Virus record (IMG/VR): IMGVR_UViG_3300028920_000035
Span: 1 to 64,000 of that record
From: a virus
Length of the DNA: 64,000 bases
Strand: one strand, 5' to 3'
The notes under the pieces were generated by a model. The model made no database searches and had not been told where the DNA came from. It was given only the letters and a program-made list of their open reading frames with translations. This document shows positions 7,784 to 16,972 of this stretch, piece after piece; position 1 is the first letter of the stretch, and each line of letters opens with the position of its first letter. Made by a program: the position numbers and the translations under genes.

Positions 7784-8977
7784 GTGTACTACTACCTGAT
7801 CTCCAGTCTGAAGCGGCGCCTGATCCTGGAGCTACAGGACGTCTTCTCGCGGCATCCCGTCTACTCGAAGATCGTCCCCTACATTCAGAATCGGTACAGC
7901 TTCGAGGAGCGCCCCCAGCACGGCATTGTCGTCAAGGGTTCGAGCGCTAATAAGGTACAGTTGTCAGCTGACAACTTCATCGGAGAGATCCAAAGCCACG
8001 TCATGCTTGCCTATGTGGGCGGGCCTGCCTTTCCCTTGGAGTGGGTCCGTGAAGACCTCCAAGCCGTCAGCTTCAATGGCAATGCCATGCCGACTCCACC
8101 AGGGGTTTACTACATCGAAATCCTGGAAGCGCCCACCAACCCGAACGAGCCTGGGTACTACGCCATTGATCCTCTGCTCACACGGACGGCAGAGCCGCTT
8201 TTCCAGTTCCAGAGCGGCGTCGAAAGAGAGGCACAGCTTCAAGCGGTCCCGGTAGAAGGGACCCTCCGTATCTGGGAAAATGAGCGACGGCTTCTCCGAG
8301 AGGGGGTCGAGTATGTGGTGGATTATAGCACGGGCGCTGTGACCTTGACGGGGGACTTCTTTGCAGGCGCCACCCTTGTTGCTGACTACCGCACGGCAGC
8401 ACCCTCGGTCGGACCAGTGGCGTTTGGCTGGAACCAGTCCGATTTCACGACTTTGCCAGGCGTCGTTCTGGCGTTCGGCAAGCGAGCTCGGAAAGGGGAC
8501 AAGGTTGCCGTCGTCATCTACCCTGAGCGAGTTTCGACGGCGCTGGCCTATGGTGGCAAGTTCGAGGTTAGCTTTGACCTGGATGTCATCTCCCGCGACA
8601 CCAACCAGATGGAAGAGTTGGCGGACTTGACCGTCATGTACCTGTGGGGGGAGAAACGCCAGTATCTGGCCTTCGAGGGTATCGAGATTACTGACGTCAA
8701 CATGGGTGGTGAGGCCGAGGAAGTCGCCGATGAGACGGGCGATCTCTACTTCTACCAAGCGAGTCTTGGTGTTTCGATCCAGGCCGATTGGGAGATCCAT
8801 GTCCCGTTGCCGCTGACCATCAGCCGCATGGAGACGAATCCTGAAGACCCCTCCCCAGGTAGCTCGTGTGACCCTGGAGAGGACCCCTTCGGTCTTAAGC
8901 AAGTTGCTTCGTCGTTGTTCTATGCCACCCACCCCGTGGTGGCGGGTCGGAACAACTCGTTCGAGCGAATCGGATAA
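7784..8977 (+). CDS. Putative tail terminator / tail-completion protein
   Basis: 397 aa, GTG start. RYSFEERPQHGIVVKG and FEVSFDLDVISRDTNQMEELAD fit the gp15/gpU-like fold with an inserted beta domain; just upstream of the sheath. Confidence 0.55.
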   Translation: MYYYLISSLKRRLILELQDVFSRHPVYSKIVPYIQNRYSFEERPQHGIVVKGSSANKVQLSADNFIGEIQSHVMLAYVGGPAFPLEWVREDLQAVSFNGNAMPTPPGVYYIEILEAPTNPNEPGYYAIDPLLTRTAEPLFQFQSGVEREAQLQAVPVEGTLRIWENERRLLREGVEYVVDYSTGAVTLTGDFFAGATLVADYRTAAPSVGPVAFGWNQSDFTTLPGVVLAFGKRARKGDKVAVVIYPERVSTALAYGGKFEVSFDLDVISRDTNQMEELADLTVMYLWGEKRQYLAFEGIEITDVNMGGEAEEVADETGDLYFYQASLGVSIQADWEIHVPLPLTISRMETNPEDPSPGSSCDPGEDPFGLKQVASSLFYATHPVVAGRNNSFERIG

Positions 8978-8994
8978 GGATAGAATGTGAAGCC

Positions 8995-9429
8995 ATGCCC
9001 AAGTACAGTTTTGAGTGCCCCAACTGCAAATTGACTTTCTCACGGATGCTCAAGGTGGGGGAGCACCCCGACCACCCGTGTCCTAAGTGCAAAGGGGCAG
9101 CTAAACGACACTGGCACGGGCAAGGAGTATCCTTCAATTTCCAGCCGACCCCGGGCACCGATCAAGGTAATAGCGGTGTCACTAAGGATGACTACCCGAC
9201 GGCGGACCACCTCGTGGGACGGACCGCCGATCAGCGGTGGGGCCACATCCGTGAACGAGACGCCGCCAAGGCAGAGTTGCGGCAGAAAACCGGGACCCAT
9301 GCCTTGCGTCGTCAAAACGGCCCCGGATTCATCGATTACACGAGCATGGACGAGGGGGCCCGCACTCGGCGACGGGAGACGGCCAGGGAAGCCCTGGCGG
9401 CCCAGGAGGCCGTCAATCAGGACTCGTGA
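8995..9429 (+). CDS. FmdB-family zinc-ribbon protein
   Basis: MPKYSFECPNC...CPKC is the characteristic FmdB/CxxC_CXXC_SSSS N-terminus. Confidence 0.8.
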   Translation: MPKYSFECPNCKLTFSRMLKVGEHPDHPCPKCKGAAKRHWHGQGVSFNFQPTPGTDQGNSGVTKDDYPTADHLVGRTADQRWGHIRERDAAKAELRQKTGTHALRRQNGPGFIDYTSMDEGARTRRRETAREALAAQEAVNQDS

Positions 9430-9568
9430 CGTACCCGTTGATAAAGAGCTTTTGCAGCTTCTTTGGGTGAGTTGAGGGCTCAGCATCCAGATGTAGATCG
9501 AATCCAAGCGCCCCTAGAAACGAATCCCGATCCAAAAACCCTAAGAAGAACCCGTAAAGGAGAGCACC

Positions 9569-12500
9569 GTGGCTCTTGGACCTTTCGTCACCTACGTACC
9601 CCCTGGTGTCTACACCCGCACCCTGACCGAGGCCAATGTTGCTTCGTTGGTGTCCGGTCTGCGTATCCCCGTCTACATCGGGGTTGGCCAGGAGGAACTG
9701 GAGCAGCTCGATCTGGAGCTGGTACGCGGTTCGAGCGCCACGCTCGACCAGCAGATCAACAACGAGGACGTCAGTCAGCGCTTTGTGCTCGACGAGACAA
9801 ACCCTAGCAACCCAACGCTTGGGCCGACCGGTGGCACGGTCGCGAAGTTCCAAGTCCGGAACTTCCCCATCGTGGACGGGCAGGGGTTTGGTCGAACCAC
9901 GAATGATGTGCGGTCGGTCCTGGTCACGGTCGATGGTGTCGCCGTAGGAGTGGGGTCGGTCCAAGGCGCCCTGGGCATGGTGACGCTCCAGGTACCGCCG
10001 GCTGCGGGCGCAGACGTCCGCTGCACCTACTTCTTCCACCGTGGCGACACCTCGTTCACGGACGACGTGTCCGACCAGGTGACCCAGGAAACGGCAACGC
10101 TCACGACTCCGGCCGTAGCCGACTTCGTGTTCGTCTTGGGGACTACAGACGAGTTCATTCTCACGATCGATGGGACTGGGGTAGAAATCACCATCACCGA
10201 GGGGACCTACACGGCTACGGGTCTGAAGAGTCACATCGACTCCAAGGCGATCAGCGGGCTGGTCATCTATGTCGAGGCCGACGCCGAGGGCAACGACCAC
10301 CTCAAGTTCGAAGCGGCACAGAGCCTCGTCATTGGTGCTGGCAACGCCAACGGGGTATTGGGCTTCTCGCCCGGCGCCCAGACGAACCGCAACCGCAACT
10401 TCCGCGTCTTCCAGCGTCCTGTCGTGGACGGTACCGACGGCGGCATCACGACGACCGACACGACCAAGGTCGTCGCGGTCGTGAACGGGACCCAGGTCGT
10501 GGTTGAGGCTCTCGACGGCGTGAACGGCGTCGTGACCTTGCCCTTCGCCCCACCGCGTAACTCCACGGTATTCGTCCAGTATTGGGCCAACACATGGCAG
10601 GACACGTTTGACTACCTGCCCAACACGCTGGTCACGACGGTCATCCGCAGCGGTTTCGCGACGGGCCGCAACGACTACATCCAGGGTCAGGATTTCGTCA
10701 TCTCGAACCCGAGTCCGGACGTCTCCGTCATCCACTGGGGTGCCAGCGTCCAGGTCAGCAGCATTCTGCGGACCCCGGGCGCCGAGGTCTTCGATGACAC
10801 CCAGATTCTGCCGACCCTTGTCGACGATCGCCTCTACCTCACCGAGTGCACTCGCGTCGTGGACACGACAGTCGTTCCCGCGGTCCCCAGCACCAAGCAG
10901 TTCCTGCTCCCCCAGGTGCCGACGACTGGCAACGGTCGCGATACACCACTCGGGCAGACCTTGTACAACACGGTCTCCAACAGCCGCATCGGGCTCAACA
11001 CCAATCGTCCCGATCTCGTGGTGGCCTATGCCGGCCGTGACGTGAAGGACGCGACCTCCCGCAACGCGCTGACGGTGGTGGAGGTCAACGCCGACACCCG
11101 GCAGGTGACCTTCCGCGAGACGGTGCCCCCTGACCACAACGTGTACGCCACGTTCTGGTACAGCCGACTTGCTGACGATCAGTTCACCATGACCAACAAG
11201 GTCGCGGGTGCGGTCGGCACCGGCCAGTTTGAGGTCTTCTCGGGCAGCCAAAACCGCAATCTTCACCAGATCCGGTTTGGGACCAAGACGGGCTTGCCCG
11301 AGATTGTCCAGTGGCCACGTGGTGTCGAGGGCATCCCCGATGCGCACCACACGGGCGCGGGCACGCCGGTCAGCGAAGAGGTGACCGTGACCTTTGGGTC
11401 TGCTCTGGCCCAGAACGCCGTCTTCACGACGACGGGCGCTGGCCCTTGGAGCTTCTTCGCGGGCACCAGTGACCAGTTCCGCGTGACGGTCAATGGCACC
11501 GATTTCGACGTTGACCTCGACGTGGCGGTCCCGGGGCAGCTGATCTCTGACAAGATCGCGGTGGATGGCTCCGACCAGATCACCATCGTGTCCGGGGACA
11601 TCCTGGAGCTGACGATCGACGGCATCGACATCACAGTCGACTTGTCCGCGCTGGCGGGTACGCCCACCATCACGGCGGTCGTGGCTGCCATCAACGCTGC
11701 CATTGACGCTGATGCTGCCTTCATTGGTACGGCGCCGAACGACTTGGTGGGCTTCGTGCGCCTGGGCCCCGCGGGCTCCGACCACGTGATCACCATCGCG
11801 AGCCTCGAAGTTCCGGTGGCACTGCCCGACGGCTTCGACAACACCTCCGCGGTGTCGATCCGTCAGGGGACCGCAGAGGCCAAGCTCGGCTTCACGGCGT
11901 TCCAGTCGGCGAGCGGCACTCCGACAGCGACCAACAAGCCGGCGACGGTCCTTGGTACCGAGGCAGGCACGTTCAACATCACCCTCAACGCCACCGATAC
12001 CCTGGAAATCCGGGTCGACGGTATCGACTACACGGTCACACTCCCCCACGGCGCGGCTGTGACACCGGCTTCTGTCGTGGGCGCCATCAACGCTACCCCG
12101 GGCCTGACGGGCGTGGCCAGCTCGAACAGCAGCGGGCCCAACGCTGACAAGATTCGCCTCACCAGTCCGACCAACGGTGCCACGAGCCGTATCGGCATTC
12201 TGGGTGGGACAGCAAACGAGATCCTGGGTTTCATCCAGGGTGACGAAGCGGGCCAGACCTTGGTCGACATCGAAGAGGTCGTCAATGAGATCCTGGCGTT
12301 CACGGGCTTCGTAGCAGAAGGCATCGCCTATATAGCGGAGATCGATGGGGCCGAGTACCTCACCATCGAGTCGGCTACGGTGGGGGCCACGACTTCCAAT
12401 GTGTCGTTCCGTACGGGGACGTCGAGCGCGTTCAACTCGACCACCGGAACCGGAATCATAGCTAACACGAGCGGCGACAACGGCGAGGACGCCTATGACA

Positions 12501-13837
12501 ACTTCGTCGTTACGTCCAACAACGCTAACGGTTCCAGCGGTACGGGCGTTCCGGGCCAGACCTATGTGGATGCTACTACGGGCTTGACCTTCACGGTCCT
12601 TCCGAGTGTCACGGGTAGCTACACGAGTACGGGTGCCTTCACCCTGATCGTGAGCGAGACCTGGACCGTCAGCCCGGCGGTACCAAGCTACAGCGTGGGT
12701 GGCCTGGAGCTGATCGTGACCGACACCGTTGGTGTTGGCGTCAACGACTCAGCTCGACTCCAGACGTTCAACCCTGGTGGCCAGGAGCCGGCGGTTGGCG
12801 ACTTCTACTACGTCTCGTACCGCTACCTGAAGCAGGATTTCTCGACGCGCCTGTTCGCCCAGTTCAAGACCATCGAGGCCAACTACGGGCCACTGACGGG
12901 CGAGAACCGAGTGACCTTGGCGGGCTACCTTGCCATTCTCAATGGTGCGGTCTTGGTCGGCATTAAGCAGGTCCAGAAGGTGGTCAACACCAACCAGGCC
13001 AGCGACCAGGACTTCATCACCGCCATCGGCGAGCTGGCGACCCCACTGCCGGGCAACATCCGTCCGGACGTTATGGTGCCGTTGACGACCTCTCCGGCCG
13101 TCTTCCAGTACTTGATGCAGCACTGCGAGGTTCAGTCGGGCATCCGCTACCAGAGCGAGCGCATGGGCTTCATTGGGTTTGCGAGCGGCACCATCCCGAC
13201 CACGGCCCAGGCGGTGGCTCGAGGGCTGCTCTCCAACCGCATCGTGGCGAGCTACCCGGATGGAGGGGTGATCACCCTGACCAACGAGCTGAACGAGTCC
13301 TACGACCAGCTCGTGGATGGTACCTTCCTGGCAGCGGCTCTCAGCGGCTCGGCGGTTTCCCCTGCTGTGGACGTGGCGACGCCGTACACCCGCCGGATCA
13401 TCCAAGGCTTCTCCTCGCTCCAGCGAATCCTCGATCCCGTCGAATCCAATCAGACGGCGGTCGCGGGCATCACGCTGTTCGAGGACCTCGACCCTGTGAT
13501 TCGGGTCCGCCAGGGCCTGACCACGGACATGAGTTCAGTCCTGACCCGGCTGCCGACGATCACCCAGATCGCCGACTACGTGCAGCAGCAGTCGCGGGCC
13601 ACGCTCGATGTGTTCGTCGGGACCAAGTTCCTGTCGAGCCGCATCAACGAGGTTGAGACGTCGATGGCGTCTCTGATGAGGCAGCTTATCCAGGAAGAGA
13701 TCGTTGCGGCATTCACGGGTATCTCGGCAGAGATCGACGCCGAAGACCCGACGATCATGCGGGTTGAAGCCTTTTATCAGCCTATATTCCCGCTTTTGTA
13801 CATCGTGATCACGTTCAACCTGAGAGCAAGGATTTGA
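9569..13837 (+). CDS. Contractile tail sheath protein (very large, with inserted beta domains)
   Basis: 1422 aa. N-terminal YVPPGVYTRT and C-terminal VRQGLTTD...VEAFYQPIFPLLYIVITFNL are sheath signatures; RBS AAGGAG. Confidence 0.9.
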   Translation: MALGPFVTYVPPGVYTRTLTEANVASLVSGLRIPVYIGVGQEELEQLDLELVRGSSATLDQQINNEDVSQRFVLDETNPSNPTLGPTGGTVAKFQVRNFPIVDGQGFGRTTNDVRSVLVTVDGVAVGVGSVQGALGMVTLQVPPAAGADVRCTYFFHRGDTSFTDDVSDQVTQETATLTTPAVADFVFVLGTTDEFILTIDGTGVEITITEGTYTATGLKSHIDSKAISGLVIYVEADAEGNDHLKFEAAQSLVIGAGNANGVLGFSPGAQTNRNRNFRVFQRPVVDGTDGGITTTDTTKVVAVVNGTQVVVEALDGVNGVVTLPFAPPRNSTVFVQYWANTWQDTFDYLPNTLVTTVIRSGFATGRNDYIQGQDFVISNPSPDVSVIHWGASVQVSSILRTPGAEVFDDTQILPTLVDDRLYLTECTRVVDTTVVPAVPSTKQFLLPQVPTTGNGRDTPLGQTLYNTVSNSRIGLNTNRPDLVVAYAGRDVKDATSRNALTVVEVNADTRQVTFRETVPPDHNVYATFWYSRLADDQFTMTNKVAGAVGTGQFEVFSGSQNRNLHQIRFGTKTGLPEIVQWPRGVEGIPDAHHTGAGTPVSEEVTVTFGSALAQNAVFTTTGAGPWSFFAGTSDQFRVTVNGTDFDVDLDVAVPGQLISDKIAVDGSDQITIVSGDILELTIDGIDITVDLSALAGTPTITAVVAAINAAIDADAAFIGTAPNDLVGFVRLGPAGSDHVITIASLEVPVALPDGFDNTSAVSIRQGTAEAKLGFTAFQSASGTPTATNKPATVLGTEAGTFNITLNATDTLEIRVDGIDYTVTLPHGAAVTPASVVGAINATPGLTGVASSNSSGPNADKIRLTSPTNGATSRIGILGGTANEILGFIQGDEAGQTLVDIEEVVNEILAFTGFVAEGIAYIAEIDGAEYLTIESATVGATTSNVSFRTGTSSAFNSTTGTGIIANTSGDNGEDAYDNFVVTSNNANGSSGTGVPGQTYVDATTGLTFTVLPSVTGSYTSTGAFTLIVSETWTVSPAVPSYSVGGLELIVTDTVGVGVNDSARLQTFNPGGQEPAVGDFYYVSYRYLKQDFSTRLFAQFKTIEANYGPLTGENRVTLAGYLAILNGAVLVGIKQVQKVVNTNQASDQDFITAIGELATPLPGNIRPDVMVPLTTSPAVFQYLMQHCEVQSGIRYQSERMGFIGFASGTIPTTAQAVARGLLSNRIVASYPDGGVITLTNELNESYDQLVDGTFLAAALSGSAVSPAVDVATPYTRRIIQGFSSLQRILDPVESNQTAVAGITLFEDLDPVIRVRQGLTTDMSSVLTRLPTITQIADYVQQQSRATLDVFVGTKFLSSRINEVETSMASLMRQLIQEEIVAAFTGISAEIDAEDPTIMRVEAFYQPIFPLLYIVITFNLRARI

Positions 13838-13845
13838 AAATCCTA

Positions 13846-13883
13846 GTGTTTTTGGCCTGACCTATGGGTCGGGCCAAAAACGC
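13846..13883 (+). terminator. 17-bp stem-loop after the sheath gene (terminator or processing/stabilising hairpin)
   Basis: GTGTTTTTGGCCTGACC-TATG-GGTCGGGCCAAAAACGC; both mismatches are G:U-compatible; no 3' U-tract. Confidence 0.5.
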
Positions 13884-13921
13884 GGCAGGCCAATAATTGT
13901 AGGGTCCCTGGGCCGTTTGGG

Positions 13922-13931
13922 GGTGTATGCT
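13922..13931 (+). promoter_or_regulatory. GGTG-TAnnnT putative -10 element (leaderless start at 13939)
   Basis: GGTGTATGCT, 7 nt, then ATG with no SD. Confidence 0.4.
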
Positions 13932-13938
13932 CTTGAGC

Positions 13939-15978
13939 ATGAACCGGTCCCAAGCTTTGGAAGCCTTCTCCACCGACGAGCCCTTCAAGGCTGTCGCAAA
14001 GCGGTTGGGTATGAGCCCCAACACGTTGCGGAGGTTGTGGAAGGAACGCTATGGGGAGGCCGCCTTCAAGGAACGAGGCTGCCGCATCCAGCAGCTGGGA
14101 GCCACAGCCTACGGGGCGCGGACCAAGGGTCGCGCAAAGGCGCGGACCCAGGTAGAGGTCCAATGCTCACAGTGTGGTAAACCCTTTCAGGTGACGAGGG
14201 GGCAGCGGGCGAAGGCCAGGCGTCTAGTCTGCCCTTCATGCTCGACGGCAGGCAAAGAGGTGTGCCCGGTGTGTAACCTTCACTGCGATGGGGCGAAGGG
14301 GTTGGCAACACACTTCCGCCACCAGGCAGAGGACCCCCCTCATCGAGAATGGCTCGCCGAGCGCGAGGCTGCCAAGTGGAAAGGCTTGACGGAGGGGCTG
14401 GACTATGTGACCTGCCGCGTGTGCGGGCTCAACGCCCACGCCTTGACGGGGCACCTGCGGGTACACCAGCTGACGGCTGAGGAGTACCGCGCGGACCACC
14501 CTGACGCCCTCGTCGTCGCGTCACGAGTCGAGGCACGGAGGCAGGCAGCCTTGGCCCCGATAGCGGCTGAGCGCGCCTATGGGTGGTCACGTGAGGACTT
14601 GCTGAAATTCTGTGACGAGCAGGGCAAGGTGATTGTCGCTGAGGCCGCCATGTACCTGAAGGCGGCCCCTTTGACGGTCTTGCACTACTGCCGGAGCCTT
14701 GGGCTGCCGACCCGGAACCGATTGGCGTGGCAGCGTGCGGTCCTCGACAAGGCTGCAAAGGTCTGGGGGGCCAAGTACCAGTGGGAGTGGTCAACGCCAG
14801 AGATCCGGAACCCCAACACGGGCAGGATGCTCAACTACGACGGCTACTTCCCTTCTCTGAACCTTCTGCTCGAAGCACATGGGGAGCAACACTTCCGCTA
14901 TTCCGAGGCATGGCACGGCTCGCTAGAAGCCTTCAGGACATCACGGCGCAGGGACGAGTTCAAGAAGGCTCGGGCCGAGGAGTTGGGCTATGGTTACAGG
15001 GTCGTCAAGTTCACCGACCCCTGGGACACTGACGAGTTCTGGGAGGCCCTCAAGCTGGGCACGCCCGAGCGCCCAGCGAATCTTGAGGACAAGGTATTCC
15101 ACATCTTGAGACAGGCGGGGTTCCCCCGCCCGGAGCCCAACGTTGCCGAGGCCAAGAAGGCTCTGACCAGGCTGGGATCGACACGTTGCTTCTTGGACGA
15201 CGACTTCCACGTGCGCCCGTACAGCATCGCGGGGACGGCCGCGTGTGCGTCTTTCTTCCCCAACCGCTACCATGCTCACTACCGGGGGGCGAAGAGCGCT
15301 TTTGAGGCATGGCATGATGACGAGGCATTGCGAAAGGCAATCCGGCTGCAATTGGACAGTGGCCATCCGACGACACCAGAGCGTGTGCTTCGGGCGCTGG
15401 TAATGCACCATCGGACGCCTTCGGTGTTTCGACCTGCGGTTGCTAAATACGTCTATCAGACCTACGCCCCCGGCGGTGTTGTGTGGGACCCCTGTGCGGG
15501 TTATGGTGGCCGGCTCATGGGGGCAGTGGCGGCGGGGGTCGAGAGGTATGTTGCAACCGAGGTCGAGCCCGAGACCATCGAGGGAAACCGCGCCTTGGCT
15601 CAGGCTTTAGGTGTCACTATGTGCGAGCTGCATCAGGAAGGAGCCGAGGGATTTGACCCTGGCCCAGTTGACCTTGTGTTCACGTCGCCTCCCTACCTCG
15701 ACTTGGAGGTCTACGGTTCAGCTTCTCAAGCTGACTGCTCTACGTGGGTCGACGAGTTTCTAGTCCCCGTTGTCCACCGCGCGGCTCAGCGCCTTTGGGC
15801 AGGAGGGCACCTGATCCTCAATCTGCCGTTCAAGCCAGTGCGAGGGCTTCGTTTGGACTTGGAAGCCAAGGCGCTCGCCGAGAGGGAGGGGCTGGTGGAG
15901 GAGCCGACCGTGTGGATGCCTGTCCGCGCCTTCAGGGGCCCCTTCAAGGCCGAACCTCTTCTGGTGTGGCGTCGCTAA
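13939..15978 (+). CDS. HTH / Zn-finger / PD-(D/E)XK-like endonuclease / DNA amino-methyltransferase fusion
   Basis: HTH (VAKRLGMSPNTLRRLW); CxxC ribbons; two C2H2-like fingers (CPVC..HFRH; CRVC..HLRVH); nuclease motif YDGYFPSLNLLLEAHGEQH...RDEFKK; MTase motif I DPCAGYGG and motif IV FTSPPY. Start may be 13927. Confidence 0.8.
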   Translation: MNRSQALEAFSTDEPFKAVAKRLGMSPNTLRRLWKERYGEAAFKERGCRIQQLGATAYGARTKGRAKARTQVEVQCSQCGKPFQVTRGQRAKARRLVCPSCSTAGKEVCPVCNLHCDGAKGLATHFRHQAEDPPHREWLAEREAAKWKGLTEGLDYVTCRVCGLNAHALTGHLRVHQLTAEEYRADHPDALVVASRVEARRQAALAPIAAERAYGWSREDLLKFCDEQGKVIVAEAAMYLKAAPLTVLHYCRSLGLPTRNRLAWQRAVLDKAAKVWGAKYQWEWSTPEIRNPNTGRMLNYDGYFPSLNLLLEAHGEQHFRYSEAWHGSLEAFRTSRRRDEFKKARAEELGYGYRVVKFTDPWDTDEFWEALKLGTPERPANLEDKVFHILRQAGFPRPEPNVAEAKKALTRLGSTRCFLDDDFHVRPYSIAGTAACASFFPNRYHAHYRGAKSAFEAWHDDEALRKAIRLQLDSGHPTTPERVLRALVMHHRTPSVFRPAVAKYVYQTYAPGGVVWDPCAGYGGRLMGAVAAGVERYVATEVEPETIEGNRALAQALGVTMCELHQEGAEGFDPGPVDLVFTSPPYLDLEVYGSASQADCSTWVDEFLVPVVHRAAQRLWAGGHLILNLPFKPVRGLRLDLEAKALAEREGLVEEPTVWMPVRAFRGPFKAEPLLVWRR

Positions 15979-16023
15979 GGCACCTTTCCGTTTATCTTCC
16001 CGATGCCAAGGTTGCTCTGGTTT

Positions 16024-16033
16024 GGTGTATAGT
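16024..16033 (+). promoter_or_regulatory. GGTG-TATAGT putative -10 element (leaderless start at 16039)
   Basis: GGTGTATAGT, 5 nt, then GTG with no SD. Confidence 0.45.
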
Positions 16034-16038
16034 GCTTT

Positions 16039-16710
16039 GTGGACCACCGACGCCTATTTGAGGATCTGTCTCGAACTCGAGCATTGGCTCGTAGCGATCG
16101 GGATTGTGCCCGAGAACGCGCTACCGCGGCTTACCATGCTGAAGTGGTCGACGAAGCACAAAAGGCGCGGCCACGATCTCGCCCCAAAGTTCGAGACATG
16201 GCGTGGGCTACCAAGATTCTGAGTTTGGAGAAAGTGCAGAAGATTCGCGAGCAGCATCGAATTTTCGCGGAGGAAGTGGGCGCTGTTTTCACACGTCGGA
16301 TTGAGCGTCTCGATCGGCTACTTTCTAAGGTGGCTGTTCGGGCGCCCGTGCGAGCAGGGGCATCTCCTTCTGTCCTGTACGTGGCTTGGGTGAGTACCTA
16401 CTCTAGTCAAGGATTTGGAGCGAATTCTTACGCACGTAATGCCGCAGAAGCCTATGCTGATGTCGCTCGGGGAGAGAACATTCCCGTTGAGGTGTCCCCT
16501 TCGAAGAAGGGTGGCGGCGACTACGAGGTTTTGGTTTGGGTGGAGAGCCCGTTAGATGTGGAGATTCTTCGACTCAAACCAGGGCCTAGTTTGCGCGAGC
16601 AGATTCGTCTATGCTGGGCACGTGGCGTCAACCCTCGAGTCTACAACCCTTACTTGCCGGTTGGGATCGAGGCTAAGCTGGGGATCGACTGCCAAGGTAG
16701 GTACCTGTAA
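16039..16710 (+). CDS. Hypothetical protein
   Basis: 223 aa, more AT-rich codons than neighbours, coupled to the next gene (TAATG). Confidence 0.7.
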   Translation: MDHRRLFEDLSRTRALARSDRDCARERATAAYHAEVVDEAQKARPRSRPKVRDMAWATKILSLEKVQKIREQHRIFAEEVGAVFTRRIERLDRLLSKVAVRAPVRAGASPSVLYVAWVSTYSSQGFGANSYARNAAEAYADVARGENIPVEVSPSKKGGGDYEVLVWVESPLDVEILRLKPGPSLREQIRLCWARGVNPRVYNPYLPVGIEAKLGIDCQGRYL

Positions 16711-16904
16711 TGGACATCAAGTTTCAATGTGGTTCTGAAGAGGAGAGGCCGGGCACCGTGTTCTGCGCTACTTGCCGACGGTATGTGTATCAAGGGGAGT
16801 GTGGCGTAAAGGTTGAACAGGCGAGTGAGTTCGCGGCCATCACTGCAACCTTTCCGTGCTCCTTCCCAGAAGGGGTACTACCGCCAGCCGATCCGAAGGC
16901 CTAG
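16710..16904 (+). CDS. Small Cys-rich hypothetical protein
   Basis: 64 aa, CATC motif, TAATG coupling, AGGT upstream. Confidence 0.55.
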   Translation: MDIKFQCGSEEERPGTVFCATCRRYVYQGECGVKVEQASEFAAITATFPCSFPEGVLPPADPKA

Positions 16905-16972
16905 CCGACCTCTCCGATAGCCTTTCTATGCTTCTGTAAAGGAAGCCTGGCATACATTTCGAAAGACAGACC

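Noticed and set aside
9413-12049. 878-aa minus-strand ORF (also 36287..38728, 120..1289, 7964..9043, 17723..18802 and others)
   Set aside because: Antisense shadows of real + strand genes caused by strong GC3 codon bias; no motifs; fully overlap well-supported genes.
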